From Eledone cirrhosa (Eukaryota): 64,000 nt of DNA. The stretch is taken from NCBI GenBank assembly GCA_964016885.1, contig OZ024740.1:98766001-98830000 (forward strand), given 5' to 3'. Under the pieces are notes generated by a model that was not told where the DNA came from, made no database searches, and saw only the letters and a program-made list of their open reading frames with translations. Position numbers and translations under genes: made by a program. Below, one piece after another: positions 28,205 to 39,634 of this stretch. Within the stretch, counting starts at the first letter, position 1, and every line of letters starts with the position of its first letter.

Positions 28205-30340
28205 CAGAGTATACACGTATATCGACGACGTGCTGGTAGCAAGTACTTCAGAGCAAGAACACGAGAAGCACTTAGATCTTCTCTTCCAACGTTTGGCCGA
28301 TTACGGTATTATCATCAACCCCAGCAAGTGCCTTCTCGACGTTCCTTCATTGTCATTTCTCGGGCACATCATTGATAAAGACGGCATTCGTCCACTTTCT
28401 AAGAAAGTAGAAGCTATCTGCAATTTTCCCGCACCTACATCACTTCGGAAACTGCGTGAATTCCTCGGTTTGGTGAATTTCTATAGGCGTTTCATCCCTC
28501 ATTGTGCCGACGCATCCAGCCTCCTCACGGACCTTCTTCGCAACCGGAGTCGAAAAAACGAAGACATCACTCTGAATGAGGAAGAACTAACATCTTTTAA
28601 CCGCCTGAAGGAAATGTTGGCAAACGCTTCCATGCTCGTTTTCTCCAGATCTGGCGCTCCTCTTTCGCTGCTAGTGGACGCATCATACACGGGGGTTGGA
28701 GGCATTTTACAACAATATGTCGACGGCGTTTGGGAACCCTTATCCTTCTTTTCTAAGCAGTTGCAACCTGCAGAAACCAAATACAGTACGTTTGGCCGCG
28801 AACTCTTGGCAACCTACCTTTCAGTTAAACATCTTCGTCACATGCTTGAAGGATCGGATTTGGTGATCTACACGGACCATAAACCACTAGTTTATGCGTT
28901 CCATACCAAACCTGATCGACATTCACCAAGAGAACTCCGCCACCTGGATTTTGTCTCTCAATATTCAACTGATATTCGGCATATCAAGGGATCCGACAAC
29001 GTAGCAGCCGACACCCTGTCCCAAATCCAGCTGAACACAATACATGTACATTCAGGCATCGACCTTCAACAGATCGCAGCTGACCAAGAGACTGACGAAG
29101 AGTTTATCAAGCTCTGAGATTCGCCATCCCTCAAGTTTCAGAAAGTTCCCATTCCTTTTTCTCCGGAACAAATTTGGTGCGACCTTTCTACCGGGCATGA
29201 ACGACCGTACGTACCACAGATGCATCGTCGGCAAGATTTTTCTGCTTTACACTGTTTGTCTCACCCGGGAATCCGGGCTACACAGAAACTCATCTCTGCT
29301 CGTTTTGTGTGGACTAACATTACCAAGGACGTGCGCGACTGTTCCAGAAGCTGCACTGCCTGCCAGAAGGCCAAAGTCCACAGACACATCAAAACGCCAC
29401 TCAGCACATTTGCGCCACCTGATGCACGTTTTCATCATGTGCATATCGAGATCGTCGGACTTCTACCACCATCACAGAACTGCGCACACATGCTCACCTG
29501 CATAGATCGATTTTCCCGTTGGCCTGAGGCTTTTCCCATAAGTGATACCTCAGCGGAAACAGTCGCTAAAACCTTGGTTTTATACTGGGTATCACGTAAT
29601 GGCGCCCCAGCGAAGATAACAACGGACAGAGGATGCCAATTTGACTCCCACCTCTTCAGAGAACTGACTCACTTGTTAGGATGTAAACACATCCGCACGA
29701 CAGCTTTATCACCCGCAAGCTAATGGTCTCGTGGAAAGATTCCATCGCCAATTGAAAGCTGCCATAAAAGCGTATCAAGACAAGACCCACTGGTTTGAAT
29801 ACCTGCCACTCATCCTTCTGGGCATTCGATCGACCGTTAAGGAAGAATTCGGACACACACCTGCAGAATTAGTGTACGGCACCACCCTGGTTCTACCTGG
29901 TCAGATGGTTGCTCCCATCTCTCCTCAGGACGTTCCAGACCCAGGATCATACGTACACCATCTTCGACAATATATGTCTCACATTGCTCCTGCAAGCACT
30001 CGTCAACAGAACACGGCCACACATGTACCTTCGGACATTAATGATTGGACATACGTTTTCGTTCGAAACGACACAATCTCAGCTCATCTTCGACCTCCAT
30101 ATTCTGGCCCTTACCGTGTTCTAAAAAAATATCCGAAATATTTTATTCTCGATCAAGATGGTAAACAGAATTCTGTCAGCGTGGACAGATTAAAAAAAGC
30201 CATCATGGATACAGTTACAGTCTCTACACCAGAAGCTCCAACAGATAGCTGTCCCAGCAAGCCACCTGTTTCATCTCCAGTCACGAGAAGTGGACGACGT
30301 GTCCATTGGCCCGCTAAGTTGGCACAATATGTGAATTACC
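28205..30340 (+). pseudogene. pol: Gypsy pol (RT, RNase H, integrase); stop at 29115 and frameshifts near 29230 and 29705
   Basis: YIDDVLVAS, FLGHIID, LREFLGLVNFYRRF, LVDASYTGVGGILQQ, YTDHKPL, SHPG..CTAC, ITTDRG, ERFHRQLK, PYSGPYRV. Confidence 0.92.
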
Positions 30341-30515
30341 GTGAACCTCAAGTGAGTTTCTTAATCATTCTTCTTGCAAAACATTTCCATTGTCCTTGTG
30401 TTTACTATTTCCAGTTTCAAATACAATGAACTTTCTGCTTGAACAATTGCAATTATTTAGTGACCATGTGCTCATGTCATTGTCACGAAGAACATTATTT
30501 ATTATAAACATTATG

Positions 30516-30698
30516 TGGATTGGCAGTATCGGTAGAGGGTCGGACGCCATGCTTTCCAGCATAGTTACGTCCCTTTACGGTCTGAGTTAAAATCCCGCCG
30601 AGGTTAACTTTGCCTTTCATTCTTACGGGGTCGATAAAATAAAGTACCATTAATGTACTGGGTAATTGATTGCCTTGTGTCAAAAGTAGAAACAATTA
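30516..30698 (+). mobile_element. OK-like SINE inserted in the Gypsy 3' region
   Basis: Reverse complement of the 18155-18342 copy. Confidence 0.85.
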
Positions 30699-31462
30699 TT
30701 TATAACAAACACTATCTAACAACAAACATTGTGTATAGCATTGTTTATAGCATTTTTTTTTCCTCGCTTGTTTTTCAAAATTTTTTTTTTTATTCTCCAT
30801 TTTCTGCAATATTAATTGTGTAATTGCCATAAATTTTATATACATACAAGGCGTGTACATATTCTGTTTTTCATGCACACTACACAAACACGTTTGTTTC
30901 ACCTTTTGTTCATACACTTAGCAATAGATATTTTGTCCCTCTAACACTACAAAATGTTTCTCTTTGATGATGCATTTCACAAATCGCATCCTCAAAACAC
31001 TGGCCTTCTTTTTTACGTACATATTAACTCAATAGCTCGAGAATGACTCGCTAGTTTTTACCACATGCATTCGTTCAAGTCATATGCTTTGGAGCAAACT
31101 GTTACTTTTAAGCAACATTATTACGGCCATTCATTTCACCCATTACGATTATTTTCACTGCCCTGTTAGACTTTTTGTCACGCAATTCACAGGCAGCACA
31201 ACCCAAATGCAAGAGGCTCATTCATCACGCCTGCATAAATCTGTAAATCTGGTCAAAGTCATTTTATAGTTTATTTTTTCTCTTCCTGACACACACATCT
31301 TGCCATATGATCTCTACAACGACTCTGTCCTATACTCGAGGATCACCAAAGTTCACAACGTGTTGGACACTCCTTGGACTATTGTCATGACAAATGCACC
31401 AATGACTCATTACTATACGATGTTTCGCTCTTTTGTTGTACAAAAGATCTGGCAGGGGCTAA

Positions 31463-31920
31463 TGTACAGCCACCGGAAATAACATGTCCTTACCAGTGAA
31501 ATAAACAACGCTATCTATCTGCTTATCTAGCTACCTACCTAGCTACCTCACCCCAGTAAAACAAACAAACCTTAGGCCACCAAAATAAAACGCCTACACA
31601 GCGGCTAAACATCACACGATTATTATTGTATAAATAGAGTGGTTCCAAGCACTTTCGCCAGTCGACCTTTGGCAGAGTCAACTAGCGTATCGTTGTTCCT
31701 CTCCTCTGCCACACTTGTCACTCACACACGCCTTGTACCTCTGTATCGTCGCTTCCTGTATGGAATAAATCGCTGAACGAAACTACATCTCTTACCTGCT
31801 CGTCCTTTCAATTTCTTCCCTCGTCTGTTCATCCTTACCGCATGCGATAACAGTCCTTTTAAGGGCTATTCTCAGATCCGATCAGAAGTAGTGACCAGAC
31901 CCACTAACCACGTCACTACA
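31463..31920 (+). repeat. putative Gypsy 3' LTR
   Basis: Starts TGTA after the purine tract and ends TACA; TATAAATAG at about 31629 and AATAAA at about 31764. Confidence 0.65.
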
Positions 31921-32744
31921 TGTATGAAAATAAATAAATAATATGATATTTCTGCTCTCTTCCCAATTGAGCACTGCTTTCGTTTTCGTTTTCACCCATA
32001 CAGATAATGCTACATATAAATATACATACAGACATACACACATACACAGACACACAGACACACACACATAAGACATGAACGAACACAGACAGTTGCATCT
32101 CATCAGTAGGCCAGTAGTGATACGTTGTTTCAGTGCTTTAAGATCGAAACAACTGGCTCTAGTGAACAAGAGGCAATAACAAATGTACCAAGAACAATGC
32201 AATGTTCTTAACTATTTGCAAATACAAGAAAATTTGTTACTAACTCATGAGGTGCAATTGAAAAGACATCAACGAGGACCAGCATATTGATTATTTAAGA
32301 AAAAGAACTAAAAGAGGTGTAAGAGATAAATAATATGCAAATGTTAATAAAATTACTTCCAGTTTATTTGCACATTAATTCCTAAAATGACTGGTACAGC
32401 AAGCAGAGAGGAAGAGACAGAGTAAGAGAAAAAAGAGAGACAAACATGTATGTGTGTGTGTAAATAAGACCATTGATTGCCATAACCCACAATCAAAACA
32501 TACATAATACACCTAAACCAACCAACCACTGACATGCATTTCCAAATTTACAAACCAATCATGAACTGCACCAACCATCAAATGAATAAGACATATGTTA
32601 TCAAGCTGTAACTCTTATATATTATTATTATCATCATCATTTTATGCCTGTTGTTTCTTCCGTATTTGCATGGCTTATATATATATAGTGAGAGAGAGGT
32701 CAGAATTATATCAATTTTAAGATATTGCAACTATTATTCAGCAG

Positions 32745-32892
32745 AATACTTGATTCTTGGGGTAGTAGAGTGTTAATGTAGTAGAGAGTCAGGGTCCGAT
32801 GTTGAGATTTTGCTATTTTGTTAGAAAATTCCAGACTGGAATTTGCTGTGTAAATAGCAAGAGCTCAGCCTTCCAGCCACGACTCTGTACTA
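32745..32892 (-). mobile_element. old copy of the half-hammerhead hairpin family
   Basis: Imperfect palindrome centred on aaattccag-a-ctggaattt; the flank ggggtagtagagtg is the complement of the cactctactaccc tail of the 42.9 and 44.9 kb copies. Confidence 0.55.
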
Positions 32893-33026
32893 TATATATA
32901 TGTTAACCTGTTTAGCTTGCTTCTTTTTTTTGGCTCCGGTGGATTATGGCTTCACGACCACCTCGAAGATTGCGTTTCGTTTTGTTTTTGGCCCGCGCTG
33001 AAATACGATCTCGCTGAAATTATATT

Positions 33027-33073
<47 letters not shown>

Positions 33074-33104
33074 TAAATCATGTCTTTAGAATCATCAGAT
33101 AAAA

Positions 33105-33350
33105 TATATACTATTTCTTCTTCTAATTAGCATAATTAACCATATAAAAATTCAATTATATCAAGCTATAAGAAGAAAGGCTCTTATAGAGAAATCTCCG
33201 ACAAATAACCGAACGTAGTCTCCTCGCGGCGGCCCCGATCGAGTATTTATCCAACATTTCGACAGCATGTAGAAACTGACCAAATATATCATCAACCATA
33301 CACAATTAGGTGTAAAATTAAACTTAGAAGAAATGCGTACCTACCGTAAT
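33105..33350 (+). repeat. unclassified ~250-bp dispersed repeat (copies at 49020-49230 minus and 56287-56550 plus)
   Basis: Shared blocks gctataaga..aaagg, tc.accatacacaattaggt..aaaa..aaa.ttagaa; each copy lies next to (TA)n. Confidence 0.75.
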
Positions 33351-33460
33351 TATATCTCTACTATGGTTTCTTCCTTATTTTTAAAACTAGATGTCTGATT
33401 TTGAGTTTGTCTCCTGATGAATCCTAACTCAGGACATTCCTATTATTTGGATGTGTAAAA

Positions 33461-33559
<99 letters not shown>

Positions 33560-33608
33560 TTAATGAAAAAGAACCAAAGGAACTATTATGACATTATAAC
33601 AAGTTTAT

Positions 33609-33654
33609 TGCCGACAGCCGTTTCGTCGACCATATGGTGGGTCTTTTCAAGGCA
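33609..33654 (-). ncRNA. hammerhead ribozyme, U3-A8 variant (stem II damaged)
   Basis: Minus strand: tgcc-TTGAAAA-gacccaccatatggtcgac-GAAAC ggct GTC-ggca-ataaa. Confidence 0.6.
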
Positions 33655-36366
33655 TATAACATGTGGTTGTAAGTTCATTATTTACATCAACGTATCATTT
33701 AAGACTAGCAGTTTGAAATTGTGGTATACATCAGCAGCCCCGCTTGTATATTTGGGGTCTATATTCTAAGGGGGCTCTTTTATATTAGTTGTCGGAATTG
33801 TAAAAGGGATGGGTTATGGGGAGTTAAGGGAATTTGAAAATGGCCTGAGAGTCAGGGATTGAAGGTTAAAAATTAGATAATTTATAATTTACGCAGTAAA
33901 AGTAAAAGACTTGGGATCTCGTAGAAGCACCTTAAAAAATCCCTCAATAAGTCCATAAAGCTTACAAGCCCCAATAAACTTAACAAACTAGAAGAGATTA
34001 AGAGACTAATAAAATAAAATAAAATAAAATAAAATAAAATAAAATAAAATAAAATAAAATAAAATAAAATAAAATAAAATTAAATTAAAAAATTAAAAAA
34101 TAAAGATATAAAGTTTCCCTAAAAAAATATAAAGTTTTCCAAGAAGTTCCCTCGAGAGATAAAAATTTCTTTCGAAAGAAAAAAACTTTCTTCCCCAGAG
34201 ATCTCGTTAAAAAATTTCAGAAAAAGTTTTGATAATCTCTACTAAGTTGAAAGAAACTAACCAATTAAAGATTAATTCAAAAAGCCTTCAATAAACCCCT
34301 CAGAAAAGGCCCCTTTAATATTTTTAATAGGAACCTCCTCCGAGAGACCCTTCGAAGAATTAAAATTTTAGAGAGCCTTTAAGGATATATATAAACGAAT
34401 TGAGGAAAATTATAAATTAAAAGTTAAAAATTACGGTATTTGGGATATCCGAGGAATTTTCAAAGGGCTGCTTCAACAGATACAACTTAGGTATAATAGA
34501 TGAAATAATTTAAGTAATTTAAGTAATTTGATTAGGGAGCAATTCAAAGGGCTTATCAAGTTGGGCAAGATTAAAGAAAATTATAAGTAAGAAAATACAT
34601 AAGCAAAAAGACAATAATTATAAAATGTATTTTTAAAAAACAATAATTATAAAATGTATTTTTAAGAAGGTATAAGGTAGCTTAGGTAATCTAATAATGT
34701 ACTATCAAAAAATTATTATAAAATTATCACAAAATTATTATAAAATTATTATAAAATTATTACAATATTATCAGAAAACTATTGATACAGGATTAAAAAA
34801 TTACTAAAAAATTATTGATACAGGATTAACATAGACATAATAATATATTCCTACCTAATTAACAAAAAATCAATAAACAATTAACGGTCAAGCAAAATTA
34901 GCTCAGGGATATCCCGCTCTCATGCACACATACAGCATCCCATATGATTAACAAAGACATAATGGTATACCCCTGCGTAATTAACAAACAATCAATTAAC
35001 AATTGATAGTCAAGAAAATGTACTCGGGGATATCCCACGCACGGATACTTTACACACATACAGCAGGATAAACAATACAGGTGACCTTGTGGGCGCGATA
35101 TCCATTATGCGTATGTAGTCATCTGCATAGCCCCAGGCACATTTGGTCTTGTTTAAAAGTTCAGAGTTCACGAATCAACTGGGATTCACTATCAGCTGCG
35201 TGGACTCTCTGGGAAATGTACCTGTGGATCAAATAGCTAGTGGTTGCTGGGTGTGGTCCGTTTGATCTTTTAGTTTCGGGGATTGCAGGCTGCCGGTTCT
35301 AAATTCAAGGTCTCGCTGCATAGGATGTATTGGCTTACATGCTATATTGGTAAAAAAAACCCAGTGTGGGTTTGACTGGGGTGGTATACTACGAACTCCA
35401 AGCACACACGCGACTGGTCAAATGCGAAGGGCTGTCCCCTCTTTGTTTGTTGTAGGGGTCGGTTCCAGCTTAGATGTTGGTCGTGTTATCCATATTGCGT
35501 CAGCCATGCATATACCAAGACAGGTCTGTATATATTTGTGGGTATGGTTCGGCGTCTACGCTATCCAAAGGGTCTCTCCTGTGTTATTTTCAAGTTTTGT
35601 CATCTCCCGGTTAAGACTGCGCATGCTTCGGTGAATCTTATGCATGGAATATTGGGGTATCATATTACACGGGGTGACTAGCAGAAAATATATATTCCAT
35701 GCTATCGCGCACGCGCTGGCCTGTGGCTACGACCGTGTCCAGTCTCGGGTAGTAGCAGACAGCAGGTAGACCAGCTAGACACACCCCTGCTCAAGGGGCA
35801 CAACCCCTAACTAATCGAGTGGTCAGACATCAAGGGAGTCAACTCTCCAAGTCCATTAAGTCAACCGTGGTAATATACAAAAAAATCACTATTAATAAAG
35901 AACTAACTCAACAAGAAGCACTATAATAAAGAAGAACTAACTCAACAAGAAGTGAGTGTGGGAGAATGGGTAGTGGCATCTATTTGGGCGGGGGTTTGTT
36001 AGGGGAGGAGGGGGGTTTGATTAGTTATAGGCAGGGAGCGGCCGCCATATTGGGTGTTCTGTTACTGTTTCCTTTGGCAAGTTCCCGTATTTGTTGACAT
36101 ACATCTCCGACGGCACCTCCCCAGATTAGTCAACGTGGGTCCAGGCACTCACAATGTCCCACACCGCAGGCATCATCTGCCCGCAGGGTGCCCAGCAACA
36201 AAGGTACCACCAATCCCAGGTTGGCAATAGGGACACAGGGTCGACTGTTCCTCACCATAGTCCCCATCGGCAATCGGGGAGCCGAGGCATCAATGCGGCC
36301 GGGGTTACTAAAGAGCACCCTGTTCGCCAGTGGGGCAGCCATGTGCGGGACAGGGTGGGGTCAGGG

Positions 36367-38930
36367 CTATGTGTCTGGTCTGAAGAAAAAGAAAGAGCTA
36401 AGTATAGTGTGGGGGCAGGACGAGAAGATTTCTAATCTCCTGTTGAGCAAGTTGAGTCCTGAGAACACTATGGCATGAGATTCAGTTAGGCACAGGATAC
36501 AAAACCTGCTCAACGAGCTATATGGAGGAGCTTTAGTAAGGCATCTCCAGCTTAGTGTGTAGGGGTTTTTTGTTTGTTTTAAGTTATGTATGTGCCCCGC
36601 TAACGACGTGGTATTTTTAAGCTTCTCATACCGGAAGCTATGCTGGTGGGCGTTGAATCTCGTCTTGAACTGGTTAGCGGTTGATCCCACATACGTCTTA
36701 GTATACGTGTCTGTGGTTACGTTACATGCATATACTACGTTCCTAATAAGGCAGTGTCCAGCTAGTGGGCATTTGCCCTTCCGTCTGCAATTATATTTTC
36801 TAATAGGGTCATGCTCCTCAATCAGGGATGCATGTCCCTCCAAGCGACCGCGGGGCTGCCTAGTGGGACCAGTTTTATTGCCTGTTATCCCCCTGGGTCT
36901 TTCACTCAGTGGGTTGGTCCCGTGTTGTCGTGTGTACTGGCGTGGTTCACTATTTCGGATGGCCTTAAGTCCCTCTTTAATCTTACTCTTATTGGTCTTA
37001 GCTATGTGTGAGGCCAGATTAGGGGTTGCTGAGTACGATAGTTTGATAGTATTCTTATTGATGACACTACCGTACCTACTACCTGGGGGGAAGTTCCTAT
37101 CTATTAAAGAGAAAAAAAGATTTGGGGAGGTCTGTAGTAACATTAGAGTTGAAGGGCGGGTTAAAGAAGGTAATATCACGTCTTCTATTCTTTCCACTGC
37201 GTTTCTTATCCCCTATGCTGCTTACCCTCCCTTCATCTATATTACTACGGGTTCTACCAGGTGTGGTTGCTGGGTTCCCAGTGGTATATGTTTTGGTCTC
37301 GAGTCTCCTAGGCCTCTGGCCCCCGTTTTCACTGTTGGACTTGCTTGGGGCGGCGTAGTGTCTGCATTGCTAGTGTTGTTGTTCTTAGCTAAATTCCTAT
37401 TGTCCCTATTCGTCTTTCTAACTCTCCCTCCATCTCCCATGGACATATTATGCGTGATTACAGTGCTGGGTTGGGGTGGTGAGGTGGTGCCGCTTGTCTC
37501 TACATAATGGAGTTTATCTTTGTGCCCTGACCCAGCTAGTGCATTATTGTAATACTCCGCGTTCGCTTCAAATGCGGTCACGCTGCTAGATAGTCCGCTA
37601 ATCCTACTAGACACTCCCTTAACTATTGCTTTGAGGACTGAGCCTGGGTGGTTGGAGTTGGCATTGACGTATGTCAGCCTCTCGTTAGGATTATGGTATG
37701 GTGCATATTCTAATTTATCTAGGTCTAGTGTGGCATCTAGAAAGTTGACTACCTTGCTATTTCTATCCATAGTTATTGATAGGTTAAAGTTCTTGAAGAA
37801 TTTATATAGGTCCTTTCTAGTTTGTGTCGTTTAAAGTCCACAGTAAGCAATGCGTCGTTACGGTATAACCCACCTCTGAGGTGTGGGAACTGCTCGTTGA
37901 GCTCCTTGAGCAAGTACAATCCGACGAGGTCTGTCACCTGTGCTGAGTCACAAGACACCATAGTGATGTCGAAGTTGTTACGAGTGTTCTTGCGCGTCCA
38001 CAATTCATCCTCAAATGTGATAATTGTTTTACGAGCGGCAAGGACTATGTCAGTCTGGGATCTAGTGCGTCCGCCCGTCCGCATTGCCATCATGAGCGCC
38101 TTATTCAGTAGTATGGGGGATATAGACGTAGAGTAGGAGTCTATATCGAACTGGATGAAACGTAGTGATTTGTGGTTGCTAATGCTTGAGAACCACTTTA
38201 TCACTTCTGCAGTGTTTCCCCATAGGTCCAGGCTAATCTTGTACTTAACTTTCGGTATGACTTCAACTAGTTTTTTTTTTATTTATTTACTTATAATCCC
38301 TATGTCAGATTTAGAGAGGCTAATGAGCCTGACAGAGGGGATACTTGCAAAGTCCTCCTTATGATCTTTCAATGTGAAACTTGGTTGTCGGGGTGTGTAA
38401 GGTTGTGTGCATTTCTCTAATCCTAGCTTCGTTACTATCACTTTAACCTCCCTGTTAATCTCATTTATGTTGGCTACAGTGTTTTTTTTATAGTTTTTAT
38501 GTAGCTCATTGTATATGAATCCGCGGTATTCTTCATAACTCAGGTTGTACATATTCCTAGCCTTGTCCGAGGGTACGAGTATACAGTTTCTGTCCTTAAA
38601 AGATTTAACTAGTGATTCTAACTTAATTTGGAAGCCGCTACGCTTACCGTTTTTCCTTTTATACCTAATAGACCGGACGAGAGACAATAGGTCACTCTCC
38701 AACTTATCGAGTAGAGGATTATGGGGCGGGCTCCTAAATGTCCTAAATCCATAATTATTATTCGATGGACTCTCTAGTGGGGCGCTACGGCGCCTATCGA
38801 AGTGGAATGTGCGCCATCTTATTCTCCTTACAAACGAGTTAACGCTGGCTATAAGCTGCTTTTCGTAAGTACCCCTTGGTGGTATGGGTATATTCTTAAG
38901 TGATAACGGAAGATGGTCCTTCGTCAGCAT
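36367..38930 (-). pseudogene. PLE RT + C-terminal GIY-YIG endonuclease, frameshifted
   Basis: SLKNIPIP..SFVRRIRWR, PSDKARNMY, TLKDHK..VRLI, QFDIDSY, FDITM..DSAQVTDLVG, GGLYRND (YRDD mutated), VNFLDATLDL, NCRRKGKCPL, VVYAC..YVGST..FKTRFNAH, CILCLTE. Confidence 0.92.
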
Positions 38931-38945
38931 ACTGTCAGTGTATTG

Positions 38946-39634
38946 AGAATACTATCGAACTATCGAACTCAACAACCCCTAATCTGGCCTCACACATAGC
39001 TAAGACCAATAAGAGTAAGATTAAAGAGGGACTTAAGGCCATCCGTAATAGTGAACCACGCCAGTACACACGACAACACGGGACCAACCCACTGAATGAA
39101 AGACCCAGGGGGATAACAGGCAATAGAACCGGTCCCACTAGGCAGCCCCGCGGCCGCTTGGAGGGACATGAACCCCTGATTGAGGAGCATGACCCTATTA
39201 GAAAGTGTAATTGCAGACGGAAGGGCAAATGCCCACTAGCTGGACACTGCCTTATTAGCAACGTAGTATATCCATGTAACGTAACCACAGACACGTATAC
39301 TAAGACGTATGTGGGATCAACCGCTAACCAGTTCAAGACGAGATTCAACGCCCACCAGCATAGCTTCCGGTATGAGAAGCTTAAAAATACCACGTCGTTA
39401 GCGGGGCACATACATAACTTAAAACAAACAAAAACCCCCTATACACTAAGCTAGAGATGCCTTACTAAAGCTCCTCCATATAGCTCGTTGAGGAGGTTTT
39501 GTATCCTGTGTCTAACTGAATCTCATGCCATAGTATTCTCAGGACTCAACTTGCTCAACTGGAGATCAGAAATCTTCTCGTCCTGCCCCCACACTATACT
39601 TAGCTCTTTCTTTTTCTTCAGACCAGACACATAG
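38946..39634 (+). pseudogene. inverted second copy of the PLE linker + GIY-YIG endonuclease
   Basis: CNCRRKGKCPLAGHCLISNVVYPC..YVGSTANQFKTRFNAH; premature TAG at 39452. Confidence 0.9.

Larger units (their letters stand above)
28205..31920 (+). mobile_element. Ty3/Gypsy LTR retrotransposon, 5'-truncated
   Basis: pol remnant in RT-RNaseH-integrase order, followed by PPT-like ctggcagggg and a 3' LTR. Confidence 0.85.

Noticed and set aside
36590-37507. 305-aa plus-strand ORF (and its mirror at 38935-39411)
   Set aside because: Antisense shadow of the PLE ORF; no recognisable motifs.
38905-38930. CTGACGA at the PLE ORF start (minus strand)
   Set aside because: No downstream GAAA or stem III; lies in coding sequence; probably chance.
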